NCBI GenBank assembly: GCA_965223665.1
Contig: OZ245011.1
Span: forward strand, 4,096,001-4,160,000
Direction of reading: 5' to 3'
Length of the DNA stretch: 64,000 nucleotides
DNA from: Nitrospinaceae bacterium
Lineage (GTDB): Bacteria; Nitrospinota; Nitrospinia; Nitrospinales; Nitrospinaceae
How positions within the stretch are numbered: position 1 is the first letter of the stretch; each line of letters starts with the position of its first letter. The position numbers and the translations under genes are program-made. The notes under the pieces were generated by a model, which saw only the letters and a list, made by a program, of their open reading frames with translations, was not told the DNA's origin and did not search any database. Below, piece by piece: positions 48,905 through 58,000 of this stretch.

Positions 48905-51900
48905 ATGGAAGGCAGGCTAAGAAAAGTATTTACTTATTTATTGATCTTATTTTCTTTTTTCATTTTTGGACAGGAAGCATTTGGGCAAGCGAAAGATCGT
49001 CCTCAGTTAGTCGATCGGGGTCCTTATTTGCAAAGAATGACACCGTCAAGCGTCATTATAAAATGGTGGGTATCAACTGCTGATATTGCCAACAACACGA
49101 TCCACTATGGGACGTCTCCTGGAAGTTTGTCATCCTCTATTACAGACGGATCCTCTACCCTGAGAAGTGTTTGTGGAAGCCGGTGTGACGATTTCTACGA
49201 ATTCCAAGTAACTTTAAACAGCCTTTCTTCTGACACTCGTTATTATTATGCCGTTGGAACCTCTACGACACCTTCTACTGAAGAAACTGCTAATGGAACA
49301 TTTAAAACTTTTCCTGCTTCCGGAGCGAAACCAACCCGTATTTGGGCTATAGGAGATGCAGGGACAAAAGATACTCAGGCATTAAAAGTTCAAGAAGTTT
49401 TCCAAAATTACACGCAAACGCGTGATCCGGATGTGTGGATTATGTTGGGCAACAATGCGTATTCTAATGGTAGTAATCGGGACTATGGTGAAGGTGTTTT
49501 CTTCATGTATCCGGATTTTTTGAGAAATGTAGCTGTATTCCCAACTCTGGGTGAACGGGATGACAATAATGCAGATTCTCCATCCGAGTCTGGGACTTAT
49601 TACACTATCTTCGATACACCTGATAATGGACAGGCGGGTGGGGTTTCTTCAGGTACTCAAGCTTATTATTCTTATGATTACGGCAATATCCATTTTGTAG
49701 TTCTGGATTCATCGGATACCAGTCTTTCCAATACTGGGGCTATGAAAAATTGGCTGACAAATGATCTAAATGCCAATACAAAAGAATGGATAATCGCCTA
49801 CTTTCATGCTTCCCCCTATTCCAAAGGATGGGATGATTCTGATTCTGGAACAAAAGAAGATAATCTTCGTACTAGGTTTGTTGAGGAGTTGGAAGACTTT
49901 GGTGTAGATCTGGTTCTTACTGCAAATAGTCACGCTTACGAAAGATCGTTTTTAATTGATGGTCATTATGGAACTTCTGGAACATTCAGTCCGGGTACAC
50001 ATATAGTTGATGGAGGCAATGGAAAGTCTGCACCCTTGCCAAGGGCAGACGGCGCTTACCACAAAAACCTGGTGGGTGGCCAACCTACGGCTAATAGTGG
50101 AACCGTATATGCTGTGGTTGGAAGTTCTGGAATTATTCAAACGAACAATACGCCATTAGCTCGTAGTTGGGAAGAAGTGGCTGGCCCTCTCAATCATCCA
50201 GCGATGCAGTTTTCAGTCAATCGTTTGGGGTCCATGGTGATTGATGTGTATGAAAATCGATTAGAAGCAATTTTTCTGAATGGGTTTGGAGATATTGCAG
50301 ACCAGTTTTCGATCACTCATGGTAACAGCAATATTGCACCGGAGATTTTTAATGTTAGTGCGGCGCACCCTTTAACTTTGGAAGTACAGTTTTCTGAACC
50401 ATTGGATAAAGCAAGTGCCGAAAACATTTCAAATTATTCTGTCAATAATGGTGTCACTATTTTTGCGGCGGAGTTATTGGAAGATTATAGAACGGTTAGA
50501 TTATTGACCAGTCAGTTGGACAATTCGACAGAGTATATTTTAACGGCTACAAATATTGAGGACTATGAAACCAATACGGCCATACCGGCCCCGGGCAGTG
50601 ATTACAGTTTTACACCACATTTTGTGAATCCTCCGATCCATACGGCTAGTTTTCAGGATGGATATTACCCGCATAGAGCATATGATGGAACAAAAGATAC
50701 TTATATTTATGAAGGTTTGCCGGATACCAATTATGGAAATAAAAAAGATTTGATTGCTCATGGAAGATTTGAAGCAACACCAGAAGGGGAAGCCATTGTT
50801 ATGGTTTCATGGGATGTTTCATCTATTCCATCAAATGCAATTATTCAATCAGCAACTTTTTATTGGGATCCCTATAATAATAGTGAAACTCCTTATTACA
50901 TACGTCAACTTTTGGCTCCATGGAACGAAATAACGGTGACCTGGAATAATTATGGTGGCGATACTAATGTTGGAGCAGATATTCTTGGGACTATGCCCCC
51001 AGAAAAGTTTGGTATGAATCCTATTCCTTTAAATCCGGATGGGATTAATATAGTCCAAGGCTGGATTGACGGAACCGTTCCTAACTATGGTTTAGCTTTA
51101 AGAAACGCAGGTCCTATTTTTATTCCTCCCAGTGGAGAGTGGTGGAATGCTGTTCGTGGTCGACAAAGAGATACTCATAATCGCCCCCGATTATCGATAA
51201 CGTATACGTTACCCAGTGGAGCAGACAGCATATCTCCAGCGATAATAGCTCCACCGGATATAGTGGTTGACTCTACCGGAACGCAAACACCAGTGGCTTT
51301 AGGAACGGCAGCGGCGGTGGATGATAATGGGGTTCCAGCGATTACCAATGATGCCCCTGCCGGTGGATTTCCATTGGGAACGACGATAGTGAACTGGACG
51401 GCCACAGATGGATCGGGCAATACGGGAACGGATACACAGTTGGTGACAGTGAGAGTTCCAGCGGCGACGAGTCCGAATACGATCAGTTTTCAGGATGGAG
51501 TGGAGCCGAGTGCATTTTATTCAGGAACAGAAGATTCTTTACTCAGAAAGACCTCTCCGAATCAGAATAAGGGATCCGATACGGAGTTCTGGGCAGATGG
51601 AGTGTCGCAGGATCCTGAGGTAGCTTTGTATGGCGAGCTTGCTTCAGCGATAAAGTGGGACTTGTCAGCAATACCTCCAAATGCGACGGTAACGTCGGTA
51701 GAAGTATCGTTTAATGTGTTCAATGATGCGCCAGTGAATACAAATTTATATTCGATTTTAACTCCCTGGACAGAAGAGAATGTGACCTGGAATGTGGCGG
51801 CAGACCCTTCAGTGGTGGGAGATGATATTTTAGGAGTGATTTCACCGTTTACGTTTAATGAAAACATCGTGGTATTGAATCAGGATGGGATAGATCTGGT

Positions 51901-54688
51901 CCAAGGCTGGGTGGATGGCAGTATAGAGAATAATGGATTTTTTATTCAAATTGACGGGTTGAATAATAATGGAATCGGGATCCATTCGAGTGAAGCAGGG
52001 ACTTTAACGAGTCGTCCCAAAATCACGATTTCGTATACCGTATCTGGAGATACAGAACCCCCGGTGGTGACAGCACCAGCGGATATCACGACTCCTGCCA
52101 CGGGTCCTTTGACGCCAGTGAATATAGGAACCGCGACGGCGACGGATAATGTGGGAGTGACATCTTTGACGAATAACGCACCGGGAGGCGGATTCCCTGC
52201 AGGTGTGACCGTTGTGACGTGGACGGCGATGGATGCAGCGGGGAACATTGGAACCGATAACCAAACGATCACGGTAGAAGATAATGTGTTACCGAGTATC
52301 ACAGCGCCAGGGGATATCACAACAGAAGCGACGGGTCCGACGACACCGGTAGCATTGGGAACACCGACGACCTCGGATAATGTAGGAGTTTCTTCGGTGA
52401 CCAATGATGCACCTGCCGAGTTTCCGGTGGGAACGACGGTTGTGACATGGACGGTGACAGATACGTCTGGCAACATGAATACAGATACGCAAAATGTGAC
52501 GGTGGAAGACACGACAGATCCTGTAGTGACAGCGCCGGGAGATATAACGACGACAGAAACCGGTCCGTTAACACCTGTGGATATAGGAACGGCGACGGCG
52601 ACAGATGCGGTGGGAGTGACATCCTTAACGAACGATGCACCAGCTGGTGGATTTCCGCAAGGGACGACGATCGTCACCTGGACTGCCACTGATGCAGCAG
52701 GTAATTCAGGCACGGACACGCAGATAATAGCGGTTCAAGCAGCAGGTTCCGGAGGTCCGGTAACGGTGAGTTTCCAGGATGGAGTGGAGCCGGATGGAAC
52801 TTATGCGGGAACCGAGGATTCGTTACTGCGAGAGTCTTCGGCAGATTCGAACTATGGGAATGAAACTTCCTTGAGTGCGGATTTAGTACAGCCGGATCCG
52901 TCGAATGGTCGGTTTGGTGAGGTGATATCTGTAATATCCTGGGATATCTCCAGCATTCCTAACAATGCGACAGTCGATTCGGCGAGTATCTCGTTGAATT
53001 TAACGAATATCAGTTCCGGAAGTTATAACTTGTATCAGGCGTTGACGAGTTGGGATGAGTCGACGGTGACGTGGAACAGTTTTGGTGGATCGAGCACTAA
53101 TGTGGGAGCTGCGGTGCTGGGTACGATTGTTCCGGGACAGTTTAATGAGAATGTGATTGTGCTGACACCTGATGGTATTAGCCTGATAGAGGGTTGGATA
53201 GATGGATCGATAGCGAACCATGGAATAGTTATCAAAGAAATCAATAACAACAACGATGGTATTTTTGTTGATTCCAGTGAAGCAGCCTCAAATACCAACC
53301 ATCCGAAGTTGACGATTACATACAATGTGGCGGCGACAGGAGATACTGAACCTCCTGTGGTGACAGCCCCTGCAGATATCACAGTGGAATCGACTGGAAC
53401 TTTAACTCCAGTGGATATAGGGACTGCAACGGCCACAGATAATGTGGGAGTGGTCTCGTTGACGAATGATGCGCCTGCTGGTGGGTATCCGATTGGAACG
53501 ACGATTGTGACGTGGACAGCCCTGGATGCGGCAGCCAACGTTGGAACGGATACGCAGTCTATCACGGTGACGGAGCCGACAACGACGGGTGTGAACGTCA
53601 CAAGTTTTCAGGATGGAGTGGAACCGAACGGGACCTACTCAGGAACGCAGGATGCGTTATTAAGGCAAACGTCTCCTGATGAGAATAATAATACGGATGA
53701 GTTGTGGGCAGATGGAGTGGCTCCAGATCCGAACAATGGTAAATATGGAGAAGTGGTATCCGTGGTGTCTTGGGATATCTCAGCGATACCAAGTGATGCA
53801 ATAGTTTCCTCGGTGACGGTAACGTTTGATATGTTTAACGATTCATCAGCAGACCATAACATATTGCAGGCGACAGCTCCGTGGTCGGAAGATACGGTGA
53901 CCTGGAACAGTTTTGGAGGAACCGGGTCCATTGGCACTACGGTATTGGGAACGATTGGTCCGTTCTTGTACAACGAGCAGGAGTTTATCCTGAACTCGGA
54001 TGGAATTGCCTTAGTTCAGGGATGGATTGATGGAAGCATTGCGAACAATGGGTTGGTGATTCAATCGGCGGGAACGAATAACGGAATTGGATGGAATTCC
54101 AGTGAGGCGGCAACCGGTCGACCTAAAATCACTATCACTTACTTAGTCGGTGGTGGAACCCTTGAATTCCAGGATGGCGTCTCCCCAAATAACGGCTACT
54201 CGGGAACTCGGGATGCGCATGTTCGACAGCCTTTTCCTAATACAAATTATGGGAGTGTTACGTCCCTTCGTGCGGATAATGAAGATGGTGGTGGAGAGGT
54301 TTTCTCAGTAATTTCGTGGGATCTTTCTTCTATCCCAAGTTCTGCCACTGTTGATTCGGTAAGCATTACTCTGGACTTAAGTGATGGCAGTGGTTCGACT
54401 CATAACATTTGGCAGGTAATAAATTCTTGGTCAGAGAATACGGTGACTTGGAATAACATTGGTCCTATTGGTGGTACTCTGCTTGGATCCATTCCTCCAA
54501 CAGGATCGGGTGAAATAACAATTAATTTGAATGCTTCCGGAATTGCATTGGTCCAAGATTGGGTGGATGGTAGTACGGCTAATAATGGGCTCATTATTAG
54601 AACTACTGGATCCAATGATGGAATTGGATTTGATTCCAGGGAAGCAGCAAATCCACCTAAAATTTCTGTGACCTTTACATTACCTTAA
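48905..54688 (+). CDS. Secreted multidomain protein copy 1: FN3/PAP-N, atypical purple-acid-phosphatase-like domain, Ig-like domain, 5 DNRLRE-like and 5 HYR-like repeats
   Basis: RGPYLQ, GDAG, YYSYDYGNIHF; five FQDG..Y.GT.D repeats; five P.(I/V).AP.DI repeats. Confidence 0.85.
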   Translation: MEGRLRKVFTYLLILFSFFIFGQEAFGQAKDRPQLVDRGPYLQRMTPSSVIIKWWVSTADIANNTIHYGTSPGSLSSSITDGSSTLRSVCGSRCDDFYEFQVTLNSLSSDTRYYYAVGTSTTPSTEETANGTFKTFPASGAKPTRIWAIGDAGTKDTQALKVQEVFQNYTQTRDPDVWIMLGNNAYSNGSNRDYGEGVFFMYPDFLRNVAVFPTLGERDDNNADSPSESGTYYTIFDTPDNGQAGGVSSGTQAYYSYDYGNIHFVVLDSSDTSLSNTGAMKNWLTNDLNANTKEWIIAYFHASPYSKGWDDSDSGTKEDNLRTRFVEELEDFGVDLVLTANSHAYERSFLIDGHYGTSGTFSPGTHIVDGGNGKSAPLPRADGAYHKNLVGGQPTANSGTVYAVVGSSGIIQTNNTPLARSWEEVAGPLNHPAMQFSVNRLGSMVIDVYENRLEAIFLNGFGDIADQFSITHGNSNIAPEIFNVSAAHPLTLEVQFSEPLDKASAENISNYSVNNGVTIFAAELLEDYRTVRLLTSQLDNSTEYILTATNIEDYETNTAIPAPGSDYSFTPHFVNPPIHTASFQDGYYPHRAYDGTKDTYIYEGLPDTNYGNKKDLIAHGRFEATPEGEAIVMVSWDVSSIPSNAIIQSATFYWDPYNNSETPYYIRQLLAPWNEITVTWNNYGGDTNVGADILGTMPPEKFGMNPIPLNPDGINIVQGWIDGTVPNYGLALRNAGPIFIPPSGEWWNAVRGRQRDTHNRPRLSITYTLPSGADSISPAIIAPPDIVVDSTGTQTPVALGTAAAVDDNGVPAITNDAPAGGFPLGTTIVNWTATDGSGNTGTDTQLVTVRVPAATSPNTISFQDGVEPSAFYSGTEDSLLRKTSPNQNKGSDTEFWADGVSQDPEVALYGELASAIKWDLSAIPPNATVTSVEVSFNVFNDAPVNTNLYSILTPWTEENVTWNVAADPSVVGDDILGVISPFTFNENIVVLNQDGIDLVQGWVDGSIENNGFFIQIDGLNNNGIGIHSSEAGTLTSRPKITISYTVSGDTEPPVVTAPADITTPATGPLTPVNIGTATATDNVGVTSLTNNAPGGGFPAGVTVVTWTAMDAAGNIGTDNQTITVEDNVLPSITAPGDITTEATGPTTPVALGTPTTSDNVGVSSVTNDAPAEFPVGTTVVTWTVTDTSGNMNTDTQNVTVEDTTDPVVTAPGDITTTETGPLTPVDIGTATATDAVGVTSLTNDAPAGGFPQGTTIVTWTATDAAGNSGTDTQIIAVQAAGSGGPVTVSFQDGVEPDGTYAGTEDSLLRESSADSNYGNETSLSADLVQPDPSNGRFGEVISVISWDISSIPNNATVDSASISLNLTNISSGSYNLYQALTSWDESTVTWNSFGGSSTNVGAAVLGTIVPGQFNENVIVLTPDGISLIEGWIDGSIANHGIVIKEINNNNDGIFVDSSEAASNTNHPKLTITYNVAATGDTEPPVVTAPADITVESTGTLTPVDIGTATATDNVGVVSLTNDAPAGGYPIGTTIVTWTALDAAANVGTDTQSITVTEPTTTGVNVTSFQDGVEPNGTYSGTQDALLRQTSPDENNNTDELWADGVAPDPNNGKYGEVVSVVSWDISAIPSDAIVSSVTVTFDMFNDSSADHNILQATAPWSEDTVTWNSFGGTGSIGTTVLGTIGPFLYNEQEFILNSDGIALVQGWIDGSIANNGLVIQSAGTNNGIGWNSSEAATGRPKITITYLVGGGTLEFQDGVSPNNGYSGTRDAHVRQPFPNTNYGSVTSLRADNEDGGGEVFSVISWDLSSIPSSATVDSVSITLDLSDGSGSTHNIWQVINSWSENTVTWNNIGPIGGTLLGSIPPTGSGEITINLNASGIALVQDWVDGSTANNGLIIRTTGSNDGIGFDSREAANPPKISVTFTLP
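51182..54228 (+). repeat. ~3.05-kb near-identical block, copy A
   Basis: Matches 57337-60383 at constant offset 6155; the antisense ORFs in the track are identical in both copies. Confidence 0.95.
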
Positions 54689-54702
54689 TAGTTTTGATTT
54701 TT

Positions 54703-54742
54703 GCCGGAAGTCTAAAGGTATTTAGGCTTCCGGTTTTTTTTT
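54703..54742 (+). terminator. Intrinsic terminator after copy 1
   Basis: GCCGGAAGTCTAAA-GGTA-TTTAGGCTTCCGGT followed by a T-run. Confidence 0.85.
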
Positions 54743-55083
54743 GATGAGAAGGTTCCTCCAATTAAATTTCATTACTTAATAAACCCTTTCAATAGAATTT
54801 TCAGAATTACTTTGTAATTATTTTCCTTTTCAATTTACTTCTACCCTAAAGATAGAGCACTTTTCTCTACTCAAAATAAGATGGAATAAACTTATTGATT
54901 TTATGTGGGTTAACCCAGCTATTTCCTGTTCTTGCGGAATTGTATTAATGTCACAGAAATTTGTCTTGAAAGTATAACTAAATAATGGTAATAAATAAAG
55001 CCCAATTGGGGTATTTTATTGCGAAAAGTAAAGTTTTTCACATACACATATGAAATTTATTCGTATGTTGGGAGGGGTTCCGA

Positions 55084-58000
55084 ATGGCAGGCAGGCAGAG
55101 AATAGAATTTACCCACTTATTAATCTTATTTTCTTTTTTCATTTTTGGACAGGAAGCATTTGGGCAAGCGAAAGATCGTCCTCAGTTAGTCGATCGGGGT
55201 CCTTATTTGCAAAGAATGACACCATCAAGCGTCATTATAAAATGGTGGGTATCAACTGCAGATATTGCGAACAACACAATCCACTATGGGACGTCTCCTG
55301 GAAGTTTGTCATCCTCTATTCCAGATGGTTCTTTCACTAGTAGAAGTGTCTGCAGTTCCAGTAATTGTGACGATTTCTACGAATTCCAAGTAACTTTAAA
55401 CAGCCTTTCTTCTGACACTCGTTATTATTATGCCGTTGGAACCTCTACGACACCTTCTACTGAAGAAACTGCTAATGGAACATTTAAAACTTTTCCTGCT
55501 TCCGGAGCGAAACCAACCCGTGTATGGGTTATTGGAGATTCCGGTACAAAAAGTTCTCAAGCCCTATTAGTAAAAGAAAGGTTTCAAAATTACACGCAAA
55601 CGCGTAATCCGGATGTGTGGATTATGTTGGGTAATAATGCTTACTCAAGTGGTAGTAACCGAGATCATGGTGATGCCGTTTTCTTTATGTACCCTGATTT
55701 TTTAAAAAATGTTGCAGTTTGGCCTGCAATTGGAGAGCGGGACGATAATAATATAAATACCTATAACACCATTTTTGTTTTACCCAATAATGCCCAATCC
55801 GGAGGCGTGGCTTCAGGAACAGAAGCGTACTATTCCTATGATTATGGCAATACCCATTTCATAGTACTGGATGTTTCCAATACCAGTCTTTCAAATGGTG
55901 GAGCCATGCAAAACTGGCTTCAAAATGATTTGAATGCAAACTCTAAAGAATGGACAATTGCATATTTTCATGCTTCTCCCTATTCCAAAGGATGGGATGA
56001 TTCTGATTCTGGTAGTAGGGCTAATGATATTAGAAATAATTTTGTTGATATATTGGAACAAGCTGGTGTGGACCTTGTACTCACAGCCAATAGCCACGCT
56101 TACGAAAGATCGTTTTTAATTGATGGTCATTATGGAACTTCTGGAACATTCAGTCCGGGTACACATATAGTTGATGGAGGCAATGGAAAGTCTGCACCCT
56201 TGCCAAGGGCAGACGGTGCTTACCACAAAAACCTGGTGGGTGGCCAACCAACGGCTAATAGTGGAACCGTATATGCTGTGGTTGGAAGTTCTGGTATTAA
56301 TCAAACGAATGATGAACCCTTAACAAGGAGTTATGAAGAGGCAGCCGGCCCTCTGAATCATCCAGCGATGCAGTTTTCAGTCAATCGTTTGGGGTCCATG
56401 GTGATTGATGTGTATGAAAATCGATTAGAAGCAATTTTTCTGAATGGGTTTGGAGATATTGCAGACCAGTTTTCGATCACTCATGGTAACAGCAATATTG
56501 CACCGGAGATTTTTAATGTTAGTGCGGCGCACCCTTTAACTTTGGAAGTACAGTTTTCTGAACCATTGGATAAAGCAAGTGCCGAAAACATTTCAAATTA
56601 TTCTGTCAATAATGGTGTCACTATTTTTGCGGCGGAGTTATTGGAAGATTATAGAACGGTTAGATTATTGACCAGTCAGTTGGACAATTCGACAGAGTAT
56701 ATTTTAACGGCTACAAATATTGAGGACTATGAAACCAATACGGCCATACCGGCCCCGGGCAGTGATTACAGTTTTACACCACATTTTGTGAATCCTCCGA
56801 TCCATACGGCTAGTTTTCAGGATGGATATTACCCGCATAGAGCATATGATGGAACAAAAGATACTTATGTTTTTGAGGGAGAACCTAATGCAAACTTTGG
56901 AACGAAAGCAGAATTAATATCGCACGGTAAATTTGAAAATGAAGTGGATGGTGACGCGGTTGTTTTGATATCTTGGGATCTATCCTCTATTCCATCAAAT
57001 GCCACCATACAATCAGCTACAGTTTATTTAAATTTATTTAATCGCAGTGAAACATCCTATCACCTTCGGCAAATATTAACTTCTTGGAGTGAAACCAACG
57101 CAACCTGGAATTCCATAGGTGGTTTGACAAATATTGGTGCTGCGATTATGGGAACTATCATACCTGAAAAGTTTAGACTTAATACTATGCCTCTGACCTC
57201 TGATGGGATTAATGTGGTCCAAGGCTGGGTAGATGGAAGTATCTCCAATTATGGACTGGCGGTTCAAAATGGAGGACCGGGTGAAGATCCTGATTGGTGG
57301 AATGCGATTCGATTGTTTTCCAGGCAAACGAATGCACGCCCCCGATTATCGATAACGTATACGTTACCCAGTGGAGCGGACAGCATATCTCCAGCGATAA
57401 TAGCTCCACCGGATATAGTGGTTGACTCTACCGGAACGCAAACACCAGTGGCTTTAGGAACGGCAGCGGCGGTGGATGATAATGGGGTTCCAGCGATTAC
57501 CAATGATGCCCCTGCCGGTGGATTTCCATTGGGAACGACGATAGTGAACTGGACGGCCACAGATGGATCGGGCAATACGGGAACGGATACACAGTTGGTG
57601 ACAGTGAGAGTTCCAGCGGCGACGAGTCCGAATACGATCAGTTTTCAGGATGGAGTGGAGCCGAGTGCATTTTATTCAGGAACAGAAGATTCTTTACTCA
57701 GAAAGACCTCTCCGAATCAGAATAAGGGATCCGATACGGAGTTCTGGGCAGATGGAGTGTCGCAGGATCCTGAGGTAGCTTTGTATGGCGAGCTTGCTTC
57801 AGCGATAAAGTGGGACTTGTCAGCAATACCTCCAAATGCGACGGTAACGTCGGTAGAAGTATCGTTTAATGTGTTCAATGATGCGCCAGTGAATACAAAT
57901 TTATATTCGATTTTAACTCCCTGGACAGAAGAGAATGTGACCTGGAATGTGGCGGCAGACCCTTCAGTGGTGGGAGATGATATTTTAGGAGTGATTTCAC

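Noticed and set aside
51946-53601. Long antisense ORFs (257 and 188 aa, and their duplicates)
   Set aside because: They are shadow frames of Thr/Val/Gly-rich repeat coding sequence with no independent features.
54949-54967. Pho box upstream of the phosphatase-like genes (TGTCAC...TGTCTT)
   Set aside because: The half-sites are 13 bp apart rather than the canonical 11, in both copies.
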